A DNA stretch of 63,994 nucleotides, filler included, from Dirinaria sp. TL-2023a (Eukaryota): the NCBI GenBank assembly GCA_051941275.1. It is 5 parts of 5 records of this genome, joined end to end, with 100 filler letters (N's around TTAATTAATTAA, not from the genome) between each part and the next. Parts side by side here need not be neighbours in the genome. Positions count along the whole stretch, not along the records: positions 12,909 to 25,714 come from JAVEBF010000739.1; positions 25,815 to 38,611 come from JAVEBF010000740.1; 3 more parts are not named here. One strand, given 5' to 3'. Below the pieces are notes generated by a model. That model had not been told where the DNA came from and made no database searches. It was given only the letters and a program-made list of their open reading frames with translations. The position numbers and the translations under genes were made by a program. Positions 13,095-27,153 of the stretch are shown in pieces (positions within the stretch are counted from its first letter, which is position 1; each line of letters starts with the position of its first letter).

Positions 13095-13822
13095 AAAAAA
13101 AATCCAAAAAAAAAAAAAAAAAAAAATGAATAAGCATACCTACTCTCCCACCACCACCACCACCACCACTTTCCTTCCTTCCTTCCTTCCTTCCTTCCCT
13201 TCCGTGCGCAATAATAATGATACCCACACAGCCTCATCAAAACCCTAAATAGAATAGTGCACAATTCCAATAATCCCAGAGAGACGAGCGTCAAAAAAAG
13301 ATTTCGATTTTTTAAATTTTTCTCAATCAATCAAAGGGGAAAAAAAAAAGAAAGAGAGCAGCAGCAGTTGAGCTATAACAGGGAACGAAGTTTTTGTGAA
13401 GTGGGGGCATAGATAGACGTATGCCGATGGAGAGATGTGCTTAGCGTACATAAGTAGGTAGGTAGGTAGATATGAGTAAAGTAAGCAGGGAACAAGAAGT
13501 GCGTGGGCTCGGGCTTTGATTATTATTTCAGGTATTCTCTCTACATGCATGCATGGATGGATGGATGGTTGCTAGACGGACCGGATGGAGAGCGAAATAA
13601 ATTTGGAAGGGGGGAAGGGGGTGTACGTATGTATGTGACTCAGAGGCGTCAGTGTGGACTGGACTGCTGCTTTGCTTACTCTAAGATAATCCCATATGAA
13701 AACTTTAGAAATTTGTTCCTTTTTTTTCTCTCTCTCTCTGCTCCAACACGCAGGAGCGTCTTCTTTTCCAATCCAAAGACCTGAAGAGTCAGAAATATAG
13801 AGCACTTGATTCGTAGTAGCCG

Positions 13823-13855
<33 letters not shown>

Positions 13856-13860
13856 GTTTT
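13095..13860. repeat. Low-complexity / microsatellite-rich contig end: poly(A/T), (CCA)n, (CCTT)n, (TAGG)n, (ATGG)n
   Basis: Directly visible simple repeats. Confidence 0.9.
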
Positions 13861-14331
13861 AGAAAGATTCCTATCTGGTTCTGTTCTTGCAACTAGCTAG
13901 CTAGCTGCTCATAAAAGGGTGTGCCTCATCCATTTGGACGCGCACAAAAAAAAAAATGTCAACCCTCAACAGCAGCAAGAAAAAAAAATGGCCGTCCCAT
14001 CCCATCCCATCCTACCATTCAAGCGCATCACGGGGGTATCAAGTATGCCAGCAAATCAATCAAGCAGCCATCGTTAAAACGCCATAAGATTTCCGTTCCC
14101 TTTTGTGCAATTGTGCATGTCCTCTGGAGCCATTTTATGTATGGGATGCTCCTTCTTGTTCATGCTCAACGCATTACCAAATGAGCCCCCCTTCCCTCCT
14201 TTCTCCCTCTGACCAATTTTTCGGCCGTCGCAAATCGTTAATTGATAGACATCGAGCCATTTCCTGTTTACGTTTCGAGTGATTGCAGACGCTTTATCGC
14301 CAGTGCGCTGCGTCATGTACGAGAAAGCGGC

Positions 14332-17300
14332 TCAAGGATGAGCGCCACCGTTCCTTGAAGTCTCCCGGTTAAACAAGTTATCCAGGACCGGAAAGCCGAA
14401 ACTAGTCTTAGGCTTTGCTCGACCAGGAGTAGGAGATTTGGAGCGTTTCCGTTTGTGTTGATTACCAGTATCAGGCGGTCTCATTCCTTGCTGGGTGAGA
14501 TCCATCGACGAATGACCATTAGGTGTTGCTGACGGTACAGAAGGGGTATCGGCCTCGTGCTTGGTCCCTACTGACGGCGTGTGAGGTGTTTCTACGCGGG
14601 AAGCTGTGCTTGGTCGTTCGCGTAGGCTGAGTGTCGATTGGAATGGGCTGCCAGCTGCAGCCGACTTTGCGTATTCTAAGGGTTCAGTTTCTGCTCGATC
14701 CTTTCTTGCAATATCATCCTTACTCTTCTCCGGAGATAAGGTAGCCGCTTCTCGAATAGCAGTGTTCACGCCTAGCACCGGAACGGTGTTTCGTGAGAAA
14801 GGGTCAGCATTCTTGAAGGGATCGCCCTGATGAGTCGCAGGGGGTGCACGCTCAGGGGTCTCCCCAGTGAGTGGACTCTCATTAGAGTTTCCTGGTGATT
14901 GAATTCCATGGTTATTCACTAGTGCCTTAGATGATGTCGAGGGTCCATTAGAATTCAACTTAGATCGAAAGCCTTGCCCATACTGATTGTGATATCGTTG
15001 TTGTAATTCAAACTCTCTTTGCCGAGCTCGTTCGACCATCTTTGCATTGTACGCAGCTGGATTCCGCCGACGGAGCCGATTCTCCTCCGCGATCTGCTGA
15101 GCTTGGCGCTCTTCCTCTGGAGTAAGCTGTAAAGTGTCCTCTTCCTGGAAAGTTTCTGTCAATTCGATGGATCTGAATACCGGATTTCTATATCAATTAG
15201 CAATGTTCCTGAGGTTGCTCCCGATGAAGACATACTCGCTATAGCAGTCCAAAACCCTATCAAGCACAAGTGGATCCTTCCCAATGAACGAGTCTAACTC
15301 TCTCTGCTCGAGGTCCCTTGGATGGAACAAGAATTGCTTGGCGCCTTTCAAGGCGTAGCGCATCGGATTTTTCTTATCGACAACTCTTGTCGCAAGCTGC
15401 TGTTTGAAGACCGCTTGATTGAGCAGTGCCTCTTCAAACGTGCCTCCGACGGTGAGACGGTAAACGAATACAGGTTTTTGTTGTCCCAGGCGGTAAGCTC
15501 GACCAATTGCTTGCTCCTCCCATATGGGGTTGTAGTGAGTGTCGATAATGACCACCCTGTTTGCACCAAACATATTTAACCCCTGACCACCGGCCCTCGT
15601 GGATATCAAGCCAACGTCCATCGCCTCAGTGTTGAATCTTTTCACTATGGACTGTCGTGAACTCGTAATGACTGTGCCGTCTATACGAATGAAGTTGAAC
15701 GCCTTTTTCTCCAACATCTCCCCCACATAATCTAGAGTTTTAATGCTATGTGAGAAGACAAGGGTCTTGTCGGCAGCCTCTCGTGCGAAAGTCAAGATCT
15801 GCTCTAGGACTTGCATCTTCAGAGCGTGTAAGACCGAACTGATGGGGATACTGTGCTGCCTTACGATCTCGAGCTGTTTTTCCATCATCGTAGTCGAAGC
15901 CTGAGGGGCACCGCTTGCAGCGGTCAGCATTTCTTGCTCATCCTCGGAAGTAGCTAGATCTGTCTCGTCAACACTAGCTTTCAGCTTCTTATTCGGCTTG
16001 GCAGGTTTCTGCTGAGCCGTCGAGGATGCTTGTCTCATCGAGAGCTTCTCCTGCAGTCTATCGGCGAAGCACGATGGGTGATTACATAGTAGACGAAGTT
16101 CACCGAGCCAAGCCCACAAGACTGCCGTCTCTGGCTCTTCGGCACGTGCAACTCCTAACATCCAATCGACGTATCCGGTGTAAAGTTTCATCTGGAGGTC
16201 AGTAAGTGGCATTTTGATCAGAAACTCCGTCTTTTCCTTTAGTTTTCCCTTCAGGACTGAGAGGTCGGCACGGTGGACTTTTAGCTCTAGGTCAGACTGC
16301 AAAGCCTTCAGGATCTTATGAGACTCGATATAGTCTGCCTGAGAGCAGTTCTTGTATGTACCCCGTTGAATAGGCTCCGCATAGTTGGCTTTGAACTCTA
16401 TGTGGTCTCCCAGGTAGTTTGGAGTAATCCAGTCGATCAAGGCGTAATATTCTTCGATATTATTAGCTAGAGGAGATCCTGTCAATGCTATGCGACTCTT
16501 GGCCTTGACTTGTTTCATCACTTTGTTCAGCTGGCTATTGAGATTTTTCGCTGTATGGGCTTCATCGGCGACGACCAAAGTTGGCTTCTCAAGAAGTCCA
16601 CGTTTGACAAGTCGATGATCAGCGTCATTCAATTGATTACCTCTGTTGTAAATAAGGTCCCTGAATATAGTAAAGCCAAGCAAAAGGATGCCAGATTCAT
16701 TGCTCCAAGCTTTAATAGACAACACACGTTGAGGCAAGCTTATAGCTGACGTGATGCATCGAATTTTCCCAACATTATCATCGATCGGGTTGGGTGCCCA
16801 TGTTAAGAACTCCTCATACCAGTTTTCCACGAGTGATGGAGGGCAAAGAACCATTGTTTGAGATTTATGCAGAACCTTGGGGACCTGGTTCCGTATGTTC
16901 TCGTTGAGCGATTGGGCTGCTTCGGCGATCGTAACAAGAACCGTAATGACCTGCATTGTCTTTCCCAGGCCCATTGTATGGGCCAAGAGGCAGCCTTGCA
17001 AGTTCTCGTGATCCCCGGTCAGCTCTCTCCACATGAACTGCACCCCGTCTTTCTGATGTGGTTGAATCCGCTCCCCAATCTTCTCATTCAAGTAAATGAA
17101 TACTTGATCTTCCGATTTTCCTGGGTTTACCACTACGGTCGTAGGGTCTTCCTCATTACGGCCCATCTGCTGGAGTCGAGAAGAGAAAGCTTTTGCGCGC
17201 TGCTCTCGCTCTTGAACACGCTTTCGAGTATCGAGCCTCAGCTGTTGTGCTTCCTGGCTTTCTTCAACTTTGTGCTTACGTCTCTTGGTGGGTGTGGCAT

Positions 17301-20300
17301 AAACACCAGCATCAGAGTCGTCTAAGAGCTCTATTGTCCGCTGCTTGAATTCTTGAGAGCTTGGAGAGTCTTGTTTCACAAGCTCTTTTTCTGATGAAGC
17401 TTCAAGTTGCTTTAGACAAGAGATCAGAAAGTCATAGAAGGGTTCGAATCCTTCTTCATCCGTGGACGCAATCTCGATATGATCCCTGTTTATACCACCA
17501 GCCGGGTCCAACCGGACTGGTATTGTCCAACAGACAAACCAAGCGGCTACCAGCATGAAAGATTCTGAAATCTCGGAATCACAATTTTGGATGCGCAAAG
17601 TTTCGTCTTTGTATGCGCTGAATGCTTCCCATACCTGGAGCTTGACATCATGGGCAGATAAATCTTTGATGTGATTGAAAGCCCTCCGGCGGCGGCCAGT
17701 TGGACTCCTCTTTACAAACAATATCAGTAATCGCTTCCGATCTTGGCGCTCCTCTAACAGCCGTGGCGAGAGCCGAGAGATCTTGATAAAGTCTGTCAAA
17801 TCGGGTAATGGAAATTGGTCATGGTATTTCCAGTCTTCTTCAGCTGTCCTAGCGCTCTCACTTTCCAAATCGATGAGCTCCGTCGGTACTGGCGGGCGTT
17901 TGAAGCCTGTACGCTTCTTGTTACTGCTCCTTCTCGAGTCATCGGAGCTCTCTTGGGCGTTGAGTGGCGGGGTTCGTATACCGCCTGACGACGAGACTTT
18001 TGCTTTGCCCTCTTCAATTCCCGTGGAGTCTGAATTTTGAGTCAAATCAATGAAGACGGGTTTCAACTTTGGTGAAAATTTGACACGGGGCTTGAGTGAT
18101 GACTTTGCCTGACTTAAAGGAGGCAGGTCTCTAGACGCTGGCTTTGGGCTTCTGGATGAGCTATCTTTGAGGGTTGGCCTTACGAGACTAGGAATACCGT
18201 TTGTATCAGGGAAGTCGTCTTCATCCTCAGCATCGGCCATGGCAACATCATCGTCCGAAGCACCATGCACTACATCGTCATCGTTCACAACAAAGTCGTT
18301 CAGATCGTTACCAGAGCTACCAGAAGCACGTTCGTCATCACTACTGATGGCTTCTTCATTATCCAGTAGTGGCTGTGTCTGGACTTTGAGTTTCTTTGGC
18401 TCTGGCACCTGACTCTGCTGAGGCTTCTCAGGTGGTCTTTTCAGCCTTAGAACGGTTATAGTCCACTTGGATTCCTCTTTATCGAACAGGGACGGCTGCA
18501 AGATTTTGCATTGCTTCATGATCTGGTCAGCAGAACGCCAGACTTCCTTTAGGATCTCTTTCGTCAAATTCGCCAGACGGGCATCCAGGCTCTTCACGAA
18601 GGCGGTAAGTCTACAGACTTGTTTACGTTTCGAGTCCTCTTTCGTCGACTTGGTCCAGATTTTCCAAGCCTTCTGTTGCAACTTTGGCCGCTTCTTTGAT
18701 CTCCATTCCTCAAGAATTTTCTCGGTCGCCCTGTCAATTGCTTTCTGGACATCTTCATTGCCCAATCTCGGGCTTCTGGAATACGATGGAGGGGGTCGCG
18801 CTAATTTTCCTTGTTCATGCTCCATTTCATGCCAGGTCTCCAGATCATATTCCCCTTCCGAACCAGAGTCGCCAAACAATGGAAGGACTTCGTCATTGCC
18901 GTCTTGATATTTCCACTTCTCAAGCCAGTCGGGATGCTCGGCAGTAATATTCTCTTGATCCACCATTAGCTCTGGTACGTCGAAAAGCTGGGTCTCGCCA
19001 GCCTGATCTGGCGAGGACAGTCCAGTGACAACGGCGGATGGTCTTTTACTTCGCAGTGTTGTGTAGCCTTCAGGAGAGGGCGTAAATTTCGTCAATGAGA
19101 GTAGCTGATGCTTTTTGGCAAGCCTGTCTGGATAAGGGATGAGGGCGTAGGCTGTCTTCCCTTCACGCTTGAGAGTTCGAAGCGAAGTTTTATGCAGGAA
19201 ATGTTTGAGACGCTCATTCGCATAAAGTCTCTGACCATTTCCGTACGTGTCTTCATTGCACAGCACAAAATCCTCTGATCCACTCGCGGTAGTGTTGGGA
19301 GTTGCAATGGGCATGCCCAATTCATGGTCAATTGGCTGACCCAACGGTGTGTTACCATAGAAAATTGTGTCAACGGGAATTGCTCTGATACCACAGTATG
19401 TATGTTTCGCTAGTCTTCTCCGTCTCCCATGTCCTTTGTCAAAATCTAACGGGTCTAGCGGCATATTGCGGAGCTCTTGCGCTTGCGCAGCATTCCCTGA
19501 CTCTATATTAAAGTTGCTTGTCGCAGCCTGCTTAGTCTCGCTATCATGAGCTTCGACAGGTGGACTGATCAGTATAGGCTTCATCCTTTTCCGACCAGTC
19601 TTATCGAGCGTCAGTACGCCAGCTTCAGCGTTTGCGCCATTTTTTGTAGCTTCAGTTGCAGGTTCGGGGCTTTTGGACAATGTAGGTTCTGAACGGTCAG
19701 CACTAACAGAGCGATGGCTCACGTCGCTTGTGATAAGTCCGTCATTCACGTGGGAACGAGACCTTTGTTTCGAAAGAGGCGAAGATGTCTGGTCCAAAGT
19801 GCAGAGCGGCTCCAATTCAGATGGAGGTGTAAGCGGCTGTAGAGGACCTAGGACTAGTTTCCTTCTCTTTTGGCCCCTATCGTTTACAACTAAGGTCTCA
19901 CCCTCCCGACACTTCGTGTGATCTAAGCCAGCTATATCGCTTACAAATGGCTGGTGGGCTGTATTGTCAATATTGTGGCCGTGTGCCTCGTGACCACTTT
20001 CTAGGTATTTCTCTGGACTATGAACGGGGGATGGTATGGCCGAAGGAGGGATTGGTGGTAGCATCGATTTCTCAGCGAATATCTTGGAAGGGCTACGGCT
20101 TATCGAGCGCTGGTTGATGTTGTCACCGTTTTGTCCTTGCACCCAATCTTTAGTACGTAGCGTCTGCGTTAGGGGTGTTTGTGGTAGTATAGAGCCATGA
20201 GTCGTAAGTCCATGAATATTGGCGAGAGGGAGATTTGAATAGTGAGACCCGGACCTGTGTTCCTGCCCCGCATTTGAAAAGGAGGACAATCGCGACTCCG

Positions 20301-20640
20301 CCGTTCCCATTTGGATGTAATCGAGGTACTTTGGAGACTTCCATCGAAGGAGGTAGATGAGATGAGAGATAGCAGATCTGTGACCAAATTTGGCTATACC
20401 CAGATCTTCCCTCATAGACCTATTATCAACATCTTTTAGGAGTGCCAATCCACCGATGCTATTATCCCGTACAATTTCTTCAAATAAATGAGGTGGAGGG
20501 CACTCCTTGGGAAAATCCTCGGGACTTAGAAGGACCGTCTGACGACGGCAGATTGCTGCCACGACTTGCTCCACCCCCCAATCCCAAGGATCCTCCATCG
20601 CCGTCGGGCCAGCTTCGACTGGCCTCACTGTTGCAGCCAT
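14332..20640 (-). CDS. SNF2-family ATPase, ATRX/ARIP4-like, with N-terminal SAM-like domain (2 exons)
   Basis: N-terminal DPWDWGVEQVV...DLGIAKFGHR (SAM-like); GCLLAHTMGLGKT, VADEAH, LTGSP, RIDG, STRAGGQGLN, QAIGRAYRLGQ. A GTATGT...TAG intron near 15188-15235 joins YSE to NPVFRSIELTETFQEED. Confidence 0.93.
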
Positions 20641-21556
20641 GACCTCATGGATCGGACTGGCCTTAGCATAGATGTTGCGTCAACAAATGAGTTCGCGCTA
20701 GAATGTGACCAAGGCTGTAGAGGCGCTAGGTAATGGACGCCTCCTGGAACGTGGATAGGTACTGGTGATGACTGTGTGCAGACAGGTTCGAGATGCTAGA
20801 TACATGTCTCGGACGAATGTCCTTTATGGCAGAGAAAGGCCGTTCACTGCTGATTTCAATTAGCGAGGAAGGTTCAAGCTTCAATTCACGCCAGAAGCCC
20901 TAGCTCACAGTGAGACCAATGTTTCTTGCAGTTCACGCATTGCTGAACTCATTCAAAGACTACGACATTGCCACAGCCTAGCCGAATTGCGGCGCAAGAA
21001 ACTGGAGAGTAAGCAATCAGACGGAAATAGGGAGAACTGAATGTACAAGAAGGAAAAAAGTGACTGCTGAAGGTGACGAAGTGACGAACTGTGAGTTTGA
21101 CGCGCCTTGAAAATACTCGGACCTCGGACCGCGATGCCTGATGCCCGCCAAGCTCGCAAATGGCAGCAACGGGACCCTAGGAATATGATGACACTTAACC
21201 CTAAGAAATGAATGGACAGGATAAGGTACCTTACCTTATCATTCATGTATCGTGAAAATTGTATCAGTATCACGTTCAAGGAAAAGAAACCGAACAATGC
21301 CCTTGTGTGTAGGCTGAGCAACGAGCCACCCTTGTCATCGGGAAAGGGATAATTCTATCCAGTATGAATTCAAGTTCTGGCCGCCGTCACATCTGCTGCT
21401 TTCTTGTGAGTCTCACTGAGGAATTCAGAACGGAATACAGACATGTCATTTTCTACTAGAGTACAAAGCCGTGGCATAATGAATTGTCGTGGTCTCCCAT
21501 GAGCACCGACGATCTTTGAGTGCTTGCTGATGTCTGATGCATTCACTCGAACTACA

Positions 21557-23416
21557 TTAAAATTCAACTAAGCAGGGGCTGTCCACCGCACCAAATCCTG
21601 CAGCCACACCCCCTTCCTCGCTTTCTCTTCCCTTCGTCCGAAGAAGGTGGCCAGCTTCCCAATTAGCCAGAATCTCGGCATCGTATCCTTGCGTACGATG
21701 ACGCCACACGCAAACGCCGAAGATCCCCAGCTCACCGATGACTTCTCCGCTCCTTACCTCTCCATTCCTGATTATGGAATTCCGCAAGCTAGGAGGCTGG
21801 ATCAGCTCCATGAGAATATGACTCTTCCACTTGTTCGCATCATCCCCTAGGCTGTTGAGGAATTTTGGAATCTTCGTTCCGTAGATGTTGTTTCCACCAC
21901 CTTCCCGTTGCGGCTTTAGCACGTAGCCTGCAGAATGTGTGAGGGATGTTGCGATGGCGATGGCCTTCTTCCCTGCGTCGCTCGAATCCAGAGGATAAAT
22001 CGATGCAAAGGTGGATCTGATTCGAGCTGCAACTTCCTGGGGATCCGGGAAGGAAGGAGACCTCGAAATGAGCTGTAGTAGGTGAGGTGATGAGGGTGTG
22101 GCTAGGACCTGCTGAATCTTCTTGGATCCTGCCAAATGCGTGAGAATACTCGGGCATTTTATGGCCGCTGAGCGTTCAAGCTGAAGTCGAGCAGTCCATG
22201 CTGACTCGATCGAGTATTCGGTCGGACTATAGCCTGCCCGAAGATAGCATGTTGTAGCTTCGTAAGGTTGGGGTAGGTGTGGCGGATGATATATTAAAGG
22301 GCGGTTGATGTTCGACTCCTCAACCGTGGTATGGTCTAGTACAGCGCTGAACGGCAGACGAAAGTTGGGGATTGAATGAGTTGTCCATAGTTGGTCTGAA
22401 AGAGCGTGTTGATCGAAGGCATTGTTTTCTGGGGACTGGACAATGAAAAGAATGCAAAGCGGCTTTTCAGATCCAGATTTCGACTCTCCATACGCTTGAT
22501 GGGCAGTAGCAAGTCCTGCAGACAAAGCCGTGATGGTGGGGTTTTGAGGGAGCGATTTCGAGTTTATAACGCCGGTGTCCTCGGCAGCATAAGCAGATAT
22601 CGAGAGCAGATGTCTGGCATTTTGTTTTGGAACGTAAGTAGAAATTCGCAAGTGGTGCCGGCGTGAGGCACGTACCGGTGGAGCAAAGATACTTTCGAGG
22701 CAAGGCCACCAAATGAGGATGCTATGGTGTTGAACTCGACTTGCCTTATCTCTGGTTTAGCGGCCGCATCCGACAAATCTTTATGAATCATGTAGTCCGA
22801 TCTGAAAAGGCCTAAAGAGATATCCTTCGCGAAATAAGCATTCAGGTGCACATGTACATTTACATACAACAAGGCAAGGTATAGATTACCTGAACGTAAC
22901 CCTCCCTCTTGACAGCCAGATGCACGTTCCAGAGCTTAGCAATAAATTCATCCACATCCACTATCCTACGAACGGAGAGCTTATTAGACTCGTCTCGCAT
23001 CGAGCCACACGAGGAAATCGATAAGTGGAAGCGGATGACAAATGGACGAGAGTAAAGCACAAAACAGGCATACACGAATAATATAATTAATGCGAAATAA
23101 AAGATCATTCATACTCCTCCACGATCTCCCCGAGCCACTTCTCGTTGCTCGCGATATACGCATACAACTCATTGTAAGCTTTCTGTGTATTCTTTGCTTG
23201 CTCAAAGCAGGCTCGAGGGAAAAGACTTGGGAAAAGAGTCACGGGAGCCGTTACGGCCAAAGACCCCGACGGATCTTGATCCTTGGTGACAAATGTGTTG
23301 GGAGGGCGGATAGCCAGTCCATGGAGGATGGACCAGTCTTTGAGATTGGATATGAGATACTCTGCTTGCTCTGGTGACAAATTTGGTGGATAATCTTGCT
23401 CAAGTGAAGTAGCCAT
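21557..23416 (-). CDS. GSH2: Glutathione synthetase (eukaryotic type), multi-exon
   Basis: APVTLFPSLFP; SLGLFRSDYM; QVEFNTIASSFGGL; IKCPSILTHLAGSKKIQQ; VLKPQREGGGNNIYG; GHLLRTK; EGGVAAGFG. Confidence 0.96.
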
Positions 23417-24085
23417 TGTGGCTGCTGCGAGTCATGGGAGCAAATAAAACCTTGAAGTAATCTGCTTACAGGCGGATCGAATTTACATCCAATCTTTCCC
23501 GTAAGACGAAGTTTGGAATGCTTTGAAACCTAAAGGAGAACAGGTGAGGCGCATTTTGTTGAAGGTTATACATTACGTGCAGGACAGCTGTCGGATAAAA
23601 GTACTTTATCGTATGATAATTGCCAAGCCAGCACATGTCTTTGGCTCGCTGCCGATGTCTATCCGAGCTTCAAACCGGCTGGGTTGGGTTGATTGCAGCT
23701 CTCCAACTGCCCGCCAGATTCTTCTTCTTCTTCTTCATTGTGCCTCAGCCCAAGATAGGAGTCGAGTTCCACGTCCTGACTTGACTTGACAGATCGCAGA
23801 CCTTCCGTGTCAGCGCTGCGCCCCTTCGCTCTTGTAACAGGCCCTGGCTCTGCCACTCTTTCGATCGTCAGCAATTGAATACTGGCAGCCTTTTGCCTGG
23901 CCATACTAGATGACATGTCCAGCATACAGCTATATCCATTGACGAGTGGAAACTCAAAACCGCAATAGAATAAGACTCTCACTAGGCTCTGAACAGTCTG
24001 CATAACCACAATCCGTGCTCACCTACATACTCACGACGAAACTGTATTCGCAATAAGCGGAACAAAGCATTCGACAGAGGTTGTC

Positions 24086-24730
24086 ATGACCTCGGCTCCA
24101 TCGTTTGTTCCTACAGACCCGGAATTGGGGAAGCCAGCCCCTACAACCAACGGAAACGTACAAGACCCCTCCAAAGCTCCTCCAAAGGAGATACCCTGGG
24201 GCCCGGCGCATCCTTGCTATCCACATCCCAATCCCCATGTTCCTCTCTCATCTCCTCTGCATACTACGACACGTATCATCCGGATAAAGCGCGATTGGAT
24301 GATAGCCGGTGACCTAGCGCCTACGTTCAGCAATATCTACCCAGAAATCTTGGAACCGTGGGTTTCAGAAGCCGACTTCCGCACACTGATCCAGAGGGTT
24401 AACGATGGTCTACTAGCCTCCTTCCATCCAGGCGGGTGGCGAGCTTGGATAGATGCGGTAATGGGTGTGGCTACGGGATGGATATGGGAGGATCTAGGTC
24501 TAAGTGGCGTCAAGAGCGGTGTCAGGAGGGTGGAGCAATACATTGAGGAGTGGAATGGCATGGAAAGTAAAGGGGAAGAAGAGGGAGACATCGATCATGC
24601 AAAGGTCATCCCGTTGCGGAGAACCGGGTTTCTGAGTCTCGATATTCAGATACCGGATCCGCACGTTGGACTCGTCGAACGAGAAGCAAATTCGAGAGAA
24701 TCCTCACGGCCAAACTCGCCGAAGGGCTGA
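24086..24730 (+). CDS. ERF4/Golgin-A7 family Ras palmitoyltransferase accessory subunit (5' end uncertain)
   Basis: WGPAHPCYPHPNPHVP; TRIIRIKRDW; PTFSNIYPEILEPW; IPLRRTGFLSLDIQIPDP, as seen in filamentous-fungal ERF4 proteins. Confidence 0.8.
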   Translation: MTSAPSFVPTDPELGKPAPTTNGNVQDPSKAPPKEIPWGPAHPCYPHPNPHVPLSSPLHTTTRIIRIKRDWMIAGDLAPTFSNIYPEILEPWVSEADFRTLIQRVNDGLLASFHPGGWRAWIDAVMGVATGWIWEDLGLSGVKSGVRRVEQYIEEWNGMESKGEEEGDIDHAKVIPLRRTGFLSLDIQIPDPHVGLVEREANSRESSRPNSPKG

Positions 24731-25714
24731 CGCATGAGAAATACAAGTCGGAGCCCCGGCTGGAAGTCTTCTCAAATATGGGAGTCTTGAAATCCCGAGC
24801 GGCAAGTCCTCGTTCAGGTCATGGTCCATCCTACCCCACAGACGTCTAGCATTAGAATCTTGTCAATCAATGACAGCTCATCATAACTTCAGAAATCAAA
24901 CGTGGCTAGCTCCAATATCTCTAACTTCACGGACGTTGTAGTGATATTTGAGCTACACGTATCAGCTTAGGTAGAAAATCGCTGGATGCCTAAAAGGAGC
25001 GCTTGGTCACCTATAAGCCATCTCGCTCCGATGAGGTTCTGTCTTGCAATTATTGAGGTTCTTTAGCACGGAAAAATGGACACCTCGACAGCACTGCGCC
25101 ATAGCAGTGCGATATCCTCCATAGAATCGCCGACTATGTCAGCATAATAAGCTCCATTATCCCTACCATTCATCCTGGCACAATATGATACCTTCCCTTC
25201 CCTCAGTAGAGCGTGAGCGAAAGCAGCAAGCCCCCAAATACTTCCCTGAGAAACCATCCCAACCTTCCAAATCCCCATGCACTCGTACCCAGCAAATCCA
25301 AGCCCAAAGGGCCACCAACAACATTAGCAAAGCTTCAAAATCCAACCTCAAAAAGAAACCTCTACGCCCATGCAAACTATATCACTCGCTCTTATACAGC
25401 CATTCCCATAAAATATAAATGCATAATCCCACCACCACGAGCTTCAATAACCAAACCACAAAACCCCCATGCAATGTTGAGAATCTGATCCTATAGCTTA
25501 TACTGTAGGGCACGTGGCAAGTAATAACTCCATTTTCCCCCTCAATCCCCATCTATTTCCAAGAAACCAAGGTCGAACTACATAAGGTACCGTAGACTAA
25601 GCAACTTGCCTCCCAAGATAAAAAAAAATGGGGACCTCTAATCGTACCCGTGTTTGGCTAATCGTACCCGGCAAGCCGCCAACCCTAAGAAAATATCAGG
25701 GTTGCTGCAGGGTT

Positions 25715-25814
25715 NNNNNNNNNNNNNNNNNNNNNNNNNNNNNNNNNNNNNNNNNNNNTTAATTAATTAANNNNNNNNNNNNNNNNNNNNNNNNNNNNNN
25801 NNNNNNNNNNNNNN
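25715..25814. other. Artificial contig linker
   Basis: N44-TTAATTAATTAA-N44. Confidence 0.98.
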
Positions 25815-27153
25815 ATGATTTTTTGTTTGGAGTGTGGAAGTAAGAGAGAGAGTTTGTATCGTCTTTTTCCCTCCCCTTTTTAAAGAGCATATACGTATCT
25901 CCACCCCCAAACCCCATCCCCCACTATCATACACATACCTTTCCCTCCCCAGAGCAGTACAAAACTAAATCTTTTCACTATTGATGCAGATCTATATACC
26001 CCCCTCCCTACAAGAAGTTCTCGCTTGAATCTGGGATAACGGATTTTTTGTTTGAAGTGGCGGTCTTCGGCGTTGGATGTTATTGTGTGTTGAGAAGAAA
26101 ATATTTGCTTTGATAGTGATGTGATATGGGTCTGGAGAAACAAGAATCCAGGCGAAGACGAAGTATGAATGGTCGATACCTGTCGCTGAATGCGATTAGC
26201 TGGTTGTTATAGATTACCATCTACAAGGGAAGGGGAAAAGCTATGGAGATAGTACTGATAAAGAAAGACACAAGCAAGAAGCAAATATAGAGTGTAGTCA
26301 TGATACAAATGAAGCTAGACAAAGGAACAAGGGAGACGCTTGATTATTTCCAGTTCAACTCTCCTGATACGAGCTAAAGCTGATATGATATGGTGACGGA
26401 AGCTGGTATTTCCCTCATTTCTCGGCACAGTGGCGTCAAGAATTATTTTAACTACATGATGACAGTGCGGGATTTGACATGTGTATATGTGTTGCGAAAT
26501 TTCGACGTCTCAAAATTCTACTCTCGCTTACATGCGTAGTCTATAAGCTAATTTTTTTTTTTTTTTTTTTTTTTAAAGAAGTCTCACTGTCGTCACATCC
26601 CTCTCTCGTTCAGTATCTACAATTCGTTTCATTCTATCAAATAAATAGATACTCTTCGATCTTTTGCTGTCTCAGGAGTCAATAATGTTAGTCTCTCCGC
26701 TCTAGCGCGAGCGGAAGAACAGAATTTCAGTAAAATAACGGTTTAACGAAGTGACGATGGACTAATTAGTCATGGAAAGTGCCACTGTCAAATCGACAAA
26801 TCGTTAAGTGTTAAAAAGACGCTAGGAAAAGATGACTTTTGTAATTTTCATTCTGAAGTATCGAATTGAGAAAAAAGACACTGATAGACGGCGACGAAGA
26901 GCATTCAAGTGCTATAGAAAGCAAAACACATTTACGAACGATGAATGTGATACAAAAAGACTGAATTCGTCCTGGTAAATGGGTAATAGATTTTGACAGT
27001 CTGAGCCTGGTCACTTCCTCCCTTACCTTAGGTTAGACAGCAACCCTGAAGAGAGTAATTTGTTTGAAGAGGCTTTGAGGTAAGATGCTCTCGAGCTTCC
27101 ATCTAAATGTTTTTTCACGAGCTCACCATTTGGACCCTCGCAGCATTGGGATA

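Noticed and set aside
12923..13892. ORFs with poly-W/F/K runs
   Set aside because: Translations of microsatellites and homopolymers.
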